Shown: in pieces, positions 37,479-45,948 of the stretch | How positions within the stretch are numbered: the stretch's first letter is position 1 | Layout: each line of letters starts with the position of its first letter | Assembly (NCBI GenBank): GCA_964433755.1 | Contig: CAYSSR010000002.1 | Span: 145,419 to 209,418 of the forward strand | Direction: 5' to 3' | DNA from: an uncultured Anaerolineales bacterium | GTDB lineage: Bacteria > Chloroflexota > Anaerolineae > UBA7937 > B3-Chlor | DNA length: 64,000 nucleotides | Position numbers and translations under genes: made by a program | The notes under the pieces: generated by a model | The model's input: only the letters and a program-made list of their open reading frames with translations | Told to the model about the DNA's origin: nothing | The model's database searches: none

Positions 37479-38912
37479 ATGGCCACAGGCACCACACGTC
37501 TGACCATCCTCCACACCAATGACTTGCACGCGCGCGTCGAGCAACTGCCCTTCATCAGCGCCATGGTCCGGCGCATCCGCGAGGAGGTGTCCAGCCAGGG
37601 TGGCTACACGCTGCTCTGGGACGCGGGAGACGCGGAGGATCGCGTTCTGCTGGAGAGCGATGTGACCAAAGGCACGGCCATCGCACGCATCCTGAGCGCC
37701 GTAGGGTACGACGCCGTCGCACTGGGCAATTCGGCAGGCGTCACCTACGGTCCGGAGAACATCGCCAACCTGGCCAAGGCCGCCTCCTACCCCATCCTGG
37801 CAGCGAATCTCGTCTGGTCCGCGACGGGCCAACTGGTGGAGGGAGCGACGCCCTATCAACTGCTGGAGTTGGGTCCCATCAGGTTGGGTCTCGTGGGTCT
37901 CACCGCCACGTCCGACTTCTACTCCAGCTTCGGCGCTCGCAGCTACCAGCCCCAGGCCATCGTGACCGAGTTGGTCCAGCATCTCCGCGAGAGCGGAGCG
38001 CACGTCGTCGCGGTATTGTCACATCTAGGGCTGCAAGAGGACGAGGATCTGGCCCGGTCTGTTGACGGCATCGATCTGATCGTCGGTGGTCATACCCACG
38101 ACGTGCTCGAGAACCCATTGGTGCTCAACGGAGCGCTGATCGTCCAGGCCGGATCCTACGGGAGCCACCTCGGCCACGTAGACCTGGCGGTCGATAGTCA
38201 GTCCGGCCAGATCCGTAGTCGCGAGGCGCGGCTGCTCCCGGTGGACACATCGGAGGTGGACGCCAAGGTCGTGAGGGCCATCGAGGAGCAGGTTCACGAA
38301 GTCCAGCAGCTTCTGGGGCGATTCGTCGGGCAAACGGTCACCTTCCTCGACCTCAACTACTCCCAGGAGTGCGCACTGGGCAACTTCCTGGCCGACGTAC
38401 TGAGAGACAGGATGGGCACCGATCTCGCGTTCGTGGTGACCGGCATGCTGGACGAGGCGATAAAGGAAGGCCCCATCACCCTGGGAGACCTGTGCAGGGC
38501 AACGTCGTCCACAGCTAACCCCGGCCGCACAGAGTTGACGGGCCAGGAGATACTCCACGCCCTGAACTACTCACTGCGGCCCGACGTGGCGCAGGATCGT
38601 CCCGCTGCCATGCGCGGGAACCCTCAAGGCGTCCTGCAAGTATCCGGGCTCCAGGTCCAGTACGATCCCTACGGAGATCCTGACGCACAGGTGGTGCGGG
38701 TCCTGGTGGGGGGAGAACCGCTCGACCTGGAGCGGACCTACAGTGTGGTCTCGACGGACTGGGAGTTGGGCTATCTCACCGAGTACACCCACCTCGATCC
38801 GGGGCGCGTGACCTACGACGTACCTACGATTCTACGCGAAGCGATGGAGGAGTATCTGGCCGAGCACTCTCCCATCTCCACCACGGTCGAGGGGAGAGTG
38901 CAGCCCGTATGA
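37479..38912 (+). CDS. Metallophosphoesterase/5'-nucleotidase family protein (UshA-like) with an atypical third motif
   Basis: ILHTNDLHARV, GDAED and GGHTHD are present. The usual GNHE(F/D) motif reads GNSAG. The C-terminal 5'-nucleotidase substrate domain is present. A 4-nt overlap links it to the MFS gene. Confidence 0.8.
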   Translation: MATGTTRLTILHTNDLHARVEQLPFISAMVRRIREEVSSQGGYTLLWDAGDAEDRVLLESDVTKGTAIARILSAVGYDAVALGNSAGVTYGPENIANLAKAASYPILAANLVWSATGQLVEGATPYQLLELGPIRLGLVGLTATSDFYSSFGARSYQPQAIVTELVQHLRESGAHVVAVLSHLGLQEDEDLARSVDGIDLIVGGHTHDVLENPLVLNGALIVQAGSYGSHLGHVDLAVDSQSGQIRSREARLLPVDTSEVDAKVVRAIEEQVHEVQQLLGRFVGQTVTFLDLNYSQECALGNFLADVLRDRMGTDLAFVVTGMLDEAIKEGPITLGDLCRATSSTANPGRTELTGQEILHALNYSLRPDVAQDRPAAMRGNPQGVLQVSGLQVQYDPYGDPDAQVVRVLVGGEPLDLERTYSVVSTDWELGYLTEYTHLDPGRVTYDVPTILREAMEEYLAEHSPISTTVEGRVQPV

Positions 38913-40102
38913 AGCGCGTCCCGCTTCCAGGCGGACACAGTCCCGCCTTCTACCTCGCTTTTCTGGCCAGCTTCATGTTCTTCTCCAGTGCCCATCTGCT
39001 GGTGGCCCCTCTACCCCTGTACGTGCAAGAGTTGGGCGGGAGCGCCGCGCAGGTGGGACTGGCCCAGACCGTTTTCGCCGCCTCATCGATCATCGTTCGC
39101 CCCTACATCGGGCGCCTGGTCGACGTCCGAGGTCGGAAGCCTGCCTTACTCATCGGGACGGCCATCTTCGCCCTCGCTCCACTCTGCTATGCTCAAGTCA
39201 GCACCGTTGCTTCGCTCCAGGTAGCCCGTATGTTCCACGGCATCGGCATCGCCGCGTTCACGAGCGGATACTACCCCCTGATTGCCGACGTCACACCGTC
39301 CTCTCGCTGGGGCGCGGCTCTGGGCCTGGGTGGGATCGCCGCCCCTCTAGCCATGGTCCTGGCCTCACCAGCAGGGGCCAGTCTGCTCCAGCACTCCGGC
39401 TTCGCGACAGTCTTCCTCACAGCGAGTCTCACGGCGCTGGCCGGGCTTCTCATAGCCCTCACTGTGCGGGAGCCCCAGCGGCAGCATTCCCCTTCACCTG
39501 CTGCGGATTCCGGCGATGTCGGTTTCCTGGACGTGCTCAAGCTCCGTGGGGTGCTAGCGCCGGCGCTGGCTACACTGACTATGGGTGTGACTTACGGCAC
39601 CGTCTATGCTTTCCTACCCCTCTTCGCCGTGGAGCGCGGTTTGGGCAATTCGGGGCTGTTCTTCACAGCCTTCAGTCTGTTCCAGGTGGCCTCCAGAACT
39701 GCGACCGGTCGACTTTCAGATAGGTGGGGGCGGCTGGCCCTGGTCCTGCCGATGATGGGGGTTCTGGCCATGAGCGTCGTGGGACTGAACTGGGCCTACG
39801 GCGGAGCCACGCTCCTGGCCTTGGCCGTGCTCCAGGGGACGGGATACGGGGGCGCCGCGGTCGGACTGGAGACCACGGTGGTAGACACTGCTCCCGCCCA
39901 TGCGCGAGGAAGAGCACTCAGCCTCGTCTACCTCTGTTTCGACGTGGGCATCGCTGCCGGGTCCCTGGCCCTTGGTGCTGTGGCTGACTTGATGGGCTAT
40001 GGGACAGGATACCTCTTCGTGGGTGGCCTATGCCTACTCACCCTCGTCCTCTTTGGGGGGGCGATGAGAAAGCCGCCGCGCGTAGGATCGCCGGTGTGGT
40101 GA
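38909..40102 (+). CDS. MFS transporter (copy 1)
   Basis: About 12 TM segments. MFS motif A-like GRLVDVRGRKPALL. Confidence 0.85.
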   Translation: MKRVPLPGGHSPAFYLAFLASFMFFSSAHLLVAPLPLYVQELGGSAAQVGLAQTVFAASSIIVRPYIGRLVDVRGRKPALLIGTAIFALAPLCYAQVSTVASLQVARMFHGIGIAAFTSGYYPLIADVTPSSRWGAALGLGGIAAPLAMVLASPAGASLLQHSGFATVFLTASLTALAGLLIALTVREPQRQHSPSPAADSGDVGFLDVLKLRGVLAPALATLTMGVTYGTVYAFLPLFAVERGLGNSGLFFTAFSLFQVASRTATGRLSDRWGRLALVLPMMGVLAMSVVGLNWAYGGATLLALAVLQGTGYGGAAVGLETTVVDTAPAHARGRALSLVYLCFDVGIAAGSLALGAVADLMGYGTGYLFVGGLCLLTLVLFGGAMRKPPRVGSPVW

Positions 40103-40204
40103 GTGGCGGGTGAACCCCCGGCCCAAGGACTGCGAGATGGAATGGGCACAGTAATGGCTATCGTGGAATCGGGTATGTCGGACGAGGCCGTAGGGCAAGA
40201 CCCC

Positions 40205-40477
40205 ATGGATCCCGGCGACCCGTGCAGAGAGACGTCGTCTATGACGAACCCCAGCCCCGCAGAGCCGCCGGTCGCGGACATACTCCACGCCCTGCCGCCC
40301 GAGGCGGCGCGGGATCGTCCCGCCCTTGTGCGCGGGGACCCTCAGGGTAACCTCCAAGGGCGGGGCCTTGAGCTACGGCGCGCCACCCACGAGGATGCCG
40401 ACGAACATGTGGTGGAGTATCTGGCCGAGCGCTCTCCCATCTCCACAGCGGTAGAAGGGAGAATGCAGGTCGTATGA
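40205..40477 (+). pseudogene. Remnant of the 5'-nucleotidase 3' end created by tandem duplication
   Basis: DILHALPPEAARDRPALVRGDPQGNLQ..VVEYLAERSPISTAVEGRMQVV is collinear with EILHALNYSLRPDVAQDRPAAMRGNPQGVLQ..EEYLAEHSPISTTVEGRVQPV at 38540-38912, apart from an internal deletion. No N-terminal catalytic domain precedes it. Confidence 0.6.
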
Positions 40478-41661
40478 AGCGTATCCCGCTCCCGGGGGGA
40501 TATAGCCCCGCCTTCTATCTCGCCTTTCTGGCCTGTTTTCTCTTCTTCGCCAGCATGCACCTGCTGATCACGCCCTTGCCCCTCTACATACAGGAATTGG
40601 GTGGAAGCGCCTCCCAGGTGGGCTTGGCCCAAACGACTTTCGCCATCTCTGCCATCGTTCTTCGTCCCTACCTGGGGCGTCTGGTAGATCTCCGGGGACG
40701 GAAGCCCGCCCTGCTCATCGGGACGGCCATCTTCGCCCTCGGTCCACTCTGCTACACTCAGGTCAGCACCATCCCTTCGCTCCAGGTGGCTCGCTTCTTC
40801 CACGGCATCGGTATCGCGGCCTTCACCAGTGGCTACTACCCCCTGATCGCCGACGTCACGCCGTCCTCTCGCTGGGGCGCGGCGCTCGGCGTGGGCGGGA
40901 TCGCGCCCTTCCTTGCCATGCTCGTGGCTTCGCCGGCGGGGGCAAGCCTGCTCCAGCATTCCAGCTTCACCGTTGTCTTCTTGATAGCGAGTCTAACGGC
41001 AGCGGCAGGTCTTCTCGTAGCCCTGGTCATCGGTGAGCCAACTGTGCCGCAAACCTCCTCTCCCACCGATGATTCCGGCGGCGCCGGGCTGGTGGAGGTG
41101 ATCAAGCTGCGTGGGGTAGTGGCTCCGGCGCTGGCCACGCTGACGATGGGGGTGACCTACGGCGCCACCTATGCCTTCCTGCCCCTCTTCGCCGTCGAAC
41201 GTGGTCTCGGCAATTCGGGGCTGTTCTTCACGGCCCTGGGCCTGGCCCTGGTCGTGTCTAGGTCTACAGTCGGCCGGCTCTCTGACAAATGGGGACGGTT
41301 AGCTGTGATCCTGCCCATGATGGGCGTCCTGGCCGCAAGCATGGCCGGACTGAACTGGGCCTACGGTCTACCCACGCTCCTGGCCTTGGCCGTTCTTCAG
41401 GGGGCAGGATTCGGGGGCACCCGGGTCGGTCTGGAGACCATGGCCGTAGACGCCGCCCCTGCCGAAGCGCGAGGCAGGGCGCTCAGTGTCGTCTACTTCT
41501 GTCTGGACCTCGGCATCGCTGTCGGATCGCTGGCCCTGGGTGCGGTAGCTGAGCTGACGGGCTATGGAGAGGGATACCTGTTCGTGGGCATCCTGCTGCT
41601 GCTCACCCTCCTCCTCTTCGGAGCGGCCATGAGAAAGCCGGAGGGCGCCCCGGGACGCTAA
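40474..41661 (+). CDS. MFS transporter (copy 2, paralogue of 38909-40102)
   Basis: Collinear and highly similar to copy 1 from MKRIPLPGGYSPAFYLAFLA onward. It has the same ATGA overlap with the upstream (remnant) reading frame. Confidence 0.85.
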   Translation: MKRIPLPGGYSPAFYLAFLACFLFFASMHLLITPLPLYIQELGGSASQVGLAQTTFAISAIVLRPYLGRLVDLRGRKPALLIGTAIFALGPLCYTQVSTIPSLQVARFFHGIGIAAFTSGYYPLIADVTPSSRWGAALGVGGIAPFLAMLVASPAGASLLQHSSFTVVFLIASLTAAAGLLVALVIGEPTVPQTSSPTDDSGGAGLVEVIKLRGVVAPALATLTMGVTYGATYAFLPLFAVERGLGNSGLFFTALGLALVVSRSTVGRLSDKWGRLAVILPMMGVLAASMAGLNWAYGLPTLLALAVLQGAGFGGTRVGLETMAVDAAPAEARGRALSVVYFCLDLGIAVGSLALGAVAELTGYGEGYLFVGILLLLTLLLFGAAMRKPEGAPGR

Positions 41662-42773
41662 CCAGGTGCCTGGCGGGCCGCTTGCTCCAGCACCTCCAGC
41701 ACCCTGGACGCCGTGTTCTCCCATCGGAACTCGCCCACTCGCTCGTAGCCCCGCTGCACGTTGCGCGACCGCAATTGAGCATCCCCGATCAACTGCTGAA
41801 TGGCGGCTGCGATGTCCTCCACGTGGAGCGGGTCCACCAGTAGCGCAGCATCCCCTGCCACCTCGGCCAGCGAAGAGGAATGCGAGGTGACGATGGGCGT
41901 GCCATAGCCAGCCGCCTCCAGGATGGGGAATCCGAAGCCCTCGTAGAGAGAGGGGAACACGAAAACTTCCGCGCCCGAGTACAGGTCGGCCTTCTCCTCC
42001 CCCACGTAGCCGGTAAGGATCACGTCCTTACCAAAGGGCGAGCCCTCCACCAGACGTCTCACCTCGGCGAAGCCCACGCCGGGGGTTCCTCCTAACACCA
42101 ACTGGTGGGGGAGCCCTCGCTCCTTCAGCCTGAAGAACGCCTCCACGATGCGGGCCACGTTCTTCTTCGTCTCCAACCGCCCCAGGAAGAGAAGGTATGG
42201 AGCGGTGATGCCATGGCGTTCCAGCGTACGCGCTACCTGCTCCTGTGGCGATCGTTCCTTCTTCGCCGCAGGCACCCCAGAATAGATGACCTCCACCCGC
42301 TCGGGGTCGGCGTGGTAGACGCGGACCAGGTCATCCTTGGTGGCCTGGGATACCGCGATGACCCTCAGGGCAGTGCGCAGGGCGAAGCGGGTGGTCAGCT
42401 CCAGATACCAGCGTGTCAGAAGAGAGTAGCTCTCCGGGAAGTAGTGGAAGGCCACGTCGTGGATGGTCGTCACACATGTGGGTGGGTGCACGAAGGGAAT
42501 CACGTTCGCCGGGGCGAAGAACACGTCGGGCTGCTCTGTCCGTAGCTCCCTGGGCAACCTGGTCTGCGCCCAGAGCCGCCGCTGTGGCAGGAGACGGAGC
42601 GCGAAGTTGTCGGGCAGGTCCTCGAACTCGTCGGGTACCCTGTCGTTGAGCAGAATGGTATAGTCGTTCGTGGTGTCCAGCCGGGCCAGCGCCTGGACCA
42701 GAAACAACGTGTATAGCTCCGTGCCAGTGCGCCGCTCCTTGCCCGCAGGCGAGGCGTCGATGGCGATCCTCAT
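41658..42773 (-). CDS. Family 4 (GT-B) glycosyltransferase
   Basis: C-terminal EGFGFPILEAAGYGTPIVTS (E-x7-E motif). 371 aa. Confidence 0.85.
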   Translation of the reverse strand: MRIAIDASPAGKERRTGTELYTLFLVQALARLDTTNDYTILLNDRVPDEFEDLPDNFALRLLPQRRLWAQTRLPRELRTEQPDVFFAPANVIPFVHPPTCVTTIHDVAFHYFPESYSLLTRWYLELTTRFALRTALRVIAVSQATKDDLVRVYHADPERVEVIYSGVPAAKKERSPQEQVARTLERHGITAPYLLFLGRLETKKNVARIVEAFFRLKERGLPHQLVLGGTPGVGFAEVRRLVEGSPFGKDVILTGYVGEEKADLYSGAEVFVFPSLYEGFGFPILEAAGYGTPIVTSHSSSLAEVAGDAALLVDPLHVEDIAAAIQQLIGDAQLRSRNVQRGYERVGEFRWENTASRVLEVLEQAARQAPG

Positions 42774-43837
42774 CGCGTCCCTGCCTCGGCCCGCTTCTCA
42801 GCCACGGCGGTCAGCCCATACTCCAGGAAGAGCAGGCCCATCAGGTTTGCCCATTGGGAGCGAAGCGCCCGGCGCAGCACGGAGTTCCGCCACATCGCGC
42901 GTCCCAGCCCGAGCAGCCTTTCTCTTCTCCGGCCCAACTTCGCTGAGGGGCTCTGCTCCTCGAGCATGGCCAGCACGGCCCCAGGGAGAGAGAACGTGGT
43001 CTTCAGTCCACTCTGCCCAAAGGCCCTCCTGTAGTCGAGGAGGTTGTACACGTGCTCGCTGATCCCCGCTTGCGTCTCCTCGTTGTCCACCCGTTTCTCT
43101 TTCCACACCGCCACACACGGCTCGCTGGTCAGCGCCAGCCTGCCCCCAGGTGTGAGGACCCGGCTCGCCTCCCCCACCACCTGGCCCAGGAACGGGCTAT
43201 GGTGGATGCTGGCCACGGAGAGCACAACGTCGAAGGTGCCCTGGCGGAAGGGCAGCGTCTCCATGGAGGCCAGGATTCGGTCGAAGTGAGGCGTGCCGTG
43301 GTCCAGATAGATCGCCCCCGTCTCCAACCCCCCTGCTTGTTTGAGACGTACCACGTCCAGCGCCACCACCTGACACCCCAGTCGCGACAGGTAGGCACTG
43401 GCCCAGCACCGTCCGGCGCCCAGCTCCAGGACCCTTTCACCTCCAGTGAGATGGAGCAAGTCCAGGAGGTGGAAGAAGTTGTCCGCCTGCCTCTTCCAGT
43501 GGGCGATGCTACCGGCTTTCGAGGATACCCCCGCGTGGATGCGGGGCAAGGCCAGAATCCAGGCCTCGTCGAGCTCGTCGGAGGCGCCCTCCAGAAACCT
43601 CTCCCAACCGGCCCTCTCGCAAAGGACCGCTTCGCCCGGCTCCGGGAGCAGGTCCAGGATGCCCTCGCTGATGGAGTAGCGCGCATCGCAGGCGGCGCAG
43701 CTCAGCCATCCCGCCTCTACCACGCCTGCCTCGCTGGCCTCCGTCGATTCCAGCCGCCAATCGGCCTGCTGGCACCCGGGACAGACCAGCCACTCCATTA
43801 GCTCCCTTCGCATGGTGAGCCTATCATATCTCCCCAA
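42770..43837 (-). CDS. Trm112-like zinc-ribbon + class I SAM-dependent methyltransferase
   Basis: The N-terminal LVCPGCQ..LSCAACDARYSISEGILDLLP is a Trm112-type ribbon. It is followed by VLELGAGRCWAS and FDVVLSVASIHH. Confidence 0.75.
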   Translation of the reverse strand: MGRYDRLTMRRELMEWLVCPGCQQADWRLESTEASEAGVVEAGWLSCAACDARYSISEGILDLLPEPGEAVLCERAGWERFLEGASDELDEAWILALPRIHAGVSSKAGSIAHWKRQADNFFHLLDLLHLTGGERVLELGAGRCWASAYLSRLGCQVVALDVVRLKQAGGLETGAIYLDHGTPHFDRILASMETLPFRQGTFDVVLSVASIHHSPFLGQVVGEASRVLTPGGRLALTSEPCVAVWKEKRVDNEETQAGISEHVYNLLDYRRAFGQSGLKTTFSLPGAVLAMLEEQSPSAKLGRRRERLLGLGRAMWRNSVLRRALRSQWANLMGLLFLEYGLTAVAEKRAEAGTR

Positions 43838-43875
43838 TGGGCCGAAGTCAAGGCAACGCGACCGTGGGTGCTTTC

Positions 43876-43901
43876 GTAGGACAAGCTTAAGCTTGTCCTA
43901 C
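43876..43901. repeat. Perfect 26-bp palindrome GTAGGACAAGCTT|AAGCTTGTCCTAC
   Basis: Read directly from the sequence. It shares the GTAGG...CCTAC ends with the GC-rich palindromes listed below. Confidence 0.85.
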
Positions 43902-43917
43902 AGTGTGATTGCCGTGT

Positions 43918-44012
43918 GGCTACGATTGTCCCGCCAGAGGTTGCACTGGCCTCACTGGTTCAGGCGACAAGAGCCTCCGTAGGGGCGGGTCTCAGACCCG
44001 CCCCTACAAACC
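43918..44012 (+). repeat. Intergenic repeat unit, copy 1 (contains a full GC-rich palindrome)
   Basis: GGCTACGATTGTCCCGCCAGAGGTTGCACTGGCCT.A.TGGTTCAG.CGACAAGA...CCCGCCCCTACAAACC recurs at 44162-44232. Copy 1 carries the complete palindrome GTAGGGGCGGGTCTCAGACCCGCCCCTAC (43979-44007). Confidence 0.8.
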
Positions 44013-44161
44013 CTCAAAGCACTTCACCTTGCCACCACCCTCAGACTCCCACCGCGAACCCGCGAGGCAGCCACAGCTCAGTCTGCCCTACGAACGGTGC
44101 ACCCCGCCCAGCTTCAGTCCCGCCACCACCCATCCCTCTGTAGCCGCACGGCATGCCGCGC

Positions 44162-44232
44162 GGCTACGATTGTCCCGCCAGAGGTTGCACTGGCCTTAGT
44201 GGTTCAGACGACAAGACCCGCCCCTACAAACC
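44162..44232 (+). repeat. Intergenic repeat unit, copy 2 (palindrome left arm missing)
   Basis: Same unit as 43918-44012, but only the right arm CCCGCCCCTAC is retained. It is preceded by the 25-mer CCCTCTGTAGCCGCACGGCATGCCG (44134-44158), which recurs exactly at 45822-45846. Confidence 0.8.
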
Positions 44233-44320
44233 GCCAGGAACAAACCGGTGGTTTTCAGCACCCCACGACTTCAGTGGCCCCTCGCCTCGACCACGCGAGT
44301 CGACAGCGGGCCCCCCGCGC

Positions 44321-45592
44321 TCAGCCCCCTCTGGAGTCGCCACGGAAGCCTCTGTAGGCGAAAGCCAGCACGTTCACCATCAGCAGGCCCGACACCAGCC
44401 CCAGGGTCAGCGCGCCCACCAGCTCGACCCCGGTTCCATGCCGCAAAACCATACCCACGAGGGCCACCACCGGGCCTGCGATCAGCCCGTACAGCGGTCG
44501 TGTATACCTGCTAGCCAGCAAGTAGTGAACCTCAACGTAGAGCAGCGCCAAGATCAGCATGGCCACCGAGTAGAACAGGACCAGACCGGCGGTGTCCGGT
44601 GACGCGTAGCTACTCCCAAAGAGGATGGAGATCACTTGCTGCGGGAACAGCGCGTAGACGAGGACCACGCTGGCACTGGCAGCCAGCGTCCCCAGAAACG
44701 CAAACCCCAGATACCGCCTCGTCGCTCGGCCCGAGGCGCTGGCGCTCGCCACCCTCGGCACCATGACGATCACCAGAAAGCCCGGCAAGTAGTACGCGAT
44801 CTTGCCCAGGAGGGCGGCTATGGCGTAATACGCCGATTCAGTTGCCGACAGATAGTGGCGGGCCAGGGTCACGTCCACGTTCATCAGCAGGACCACCGCG
44901 GCGTAGGTGACCAGAGTCGGCCATATATCCTTGGGATAGGCCGCTTCCTCGTCCCCCGTGGCGCCAGCCTCCGAGCCTTCCGCCTTCCCCGTCGAGGCCA
45001 CCACTGCGAACCAGTACGTCGCCTGTGCCGCCGTGGCCAGGAACAGTGCCGCCAGGGCGCCCTCCACGCCCAAACCCACCATCACCAGAAGCGCTCCAAG
45101 CGCAAGCTTTCCGACGTACCTGGTGAGGATGCCCGCCGCCATGACGTTGAAACGCTGCATACCCTGTAGCACGCCCTCGGCGAATGGAACGTACAGAGAA
45201 GCCAGGCACAGCGCACCCACCAGCCAGATGGGCGCCAGGGACGTGTGGAAGAAAGTGGAGAGGTAGGGGGCAAGAAGGACGTAGCCAACGATGCCCGCCA
45301 GGATGATCAGTGTGGTCCGGCGCAGGTCTTCGCGCACAAAGCGGCGTACCTGGTCGTACCCCCCTCGCACGACCATCTCCGCTGTCTGGCGAGCTACCGT
45401 GAGCTTGATGGTGCTCACGGGGATGGTCATCAACAGCGAAAACGACATCAGGCCGTTCAGCAGCCCGAAATCCGAGGCGGTGAGACGTCTACTCATGACG
45501 AGCTGGAAGAGGTAGCTCAACACGTAGCTAGCCAGCGTGGCCACGACCAGCCCCGAAGACTGCGCGATCTGAGCGGGGAGTGTTCTCTTCAT
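44321..45592 (-). CDS. Polysaccharide biosynthesis/flippase-type (MOP/Wzx-like) membrane protein
   Basis: Start moved to ATG 45592 (MKRTLPAQIAQSSGLVVATLASYVLSYLFQLVMSRRL..). The 127-codon upstream extension in the ORF track runs through repeat elements. The protein has about 12-14 TM segments. Confidence 0.65.
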   Translation of the reverse strand: MKRTLPAQIAQSSGLVVATLASYVLSYLFQLVMSRRLTASDFGLLNGLMSFSLLMTIPVSTIKLTVARQTAEMVVRGGYDQVRRFVREDLRRTTLIILAGIVGYVLLAPYLSTFFHTSLAPIWLVGALCLASLYVPFAEGVLQGMQRFNVMAAGILTRYVGKLALGALLVMVGLGVEGALAALFLATAAQATYWFAVVASTGKAEGSEAGATGDEEAAYPKDIWPTLVTYAAVVLLMNVDVTLARHYLSATESAYYAIAALLGKIAYYLPGFLVIVMVPRVASASASGRATRRYLGFAFLGTLAASASVVLVYALFPQQVISILFGSSYASPDTAGLVLFYSVAMLILALLYVEVHYLLASRYTRPLYGLIAGPVVALVGMVLRHGTGVELVGALTLGLVSGLLMVNVLAFAYRGFRGDSRGG

Positions 45593-45764
45593 CGTTGCCA
45601 GGGTCCGAGGGCCGCTATCGCCGAGCATAAACCGCCTCGTGACCAGCGGAGATCCGCTCGCCGGTCCTTTGGCCCGATTGTAGCATTGGCCCTTGACCGG
45701 CACAACCGGCCCCTGCGACCGCCTGCGGCACATGACGACGGAGTGGAAGGACCGCGCCGGACAC

Positions 45765-45793
45765 GTAGGGGCGGGTCTGAGATCCGCCCCTGC
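45765..45793. repeat. GC-rich REP-like palindrome (degenerate copy)
   Basis: GTAGGGGCGGGTCTGAGATCCGCCCCTGC. It is followed at 45822-45846 by the exact 25-mer also found at 44134-44158. Confidence 0.75.
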
Positions 45794-45879
45794 CAACGTA
45801 TCTGATCGCGCGAGCACGCCCCCCTCTGTAGCCGCACGGCATGCCGTGCAGTTACGGTCAATACCCCGCTCCGCGAAAG

Positions 45880-45908
45880 ATGACAACACCCCAGAAAAGT
45901 GGTACAAT
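45880..45908 (+). promoter_or_regulatory. Candidate promoter of the R-M gene
   Basis: ATGACA, a 17-nt spacer ending TGG, then TACAAT (45903-45908), about 40 nt upstream of the proposed GTG start. Confidence 0.45.
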
Positions 45909-45948
45909 ACGAAATGACAGCGGGCGTCCGCTAGCAGAGGAGGGAGCC

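Noticed and set aside
35462-37576. 704-aa ORF antisense to lepA
   Set aside because: It mirrors the unambiguous LepA CDS over its full length. Its Arg/Gly/His/Val-rich composition is typical of antisense frames in high-GC DNA, with no recognisable motif.
40103-40204. N-terminal part of the 124-aa ORF between the two MFS genes
   Set aside because: It has no homology to the nucleotidase and is read-through of duplicated junction sequence. Only 40205-40477 is a recognisable remnant, called as a pseudogene.
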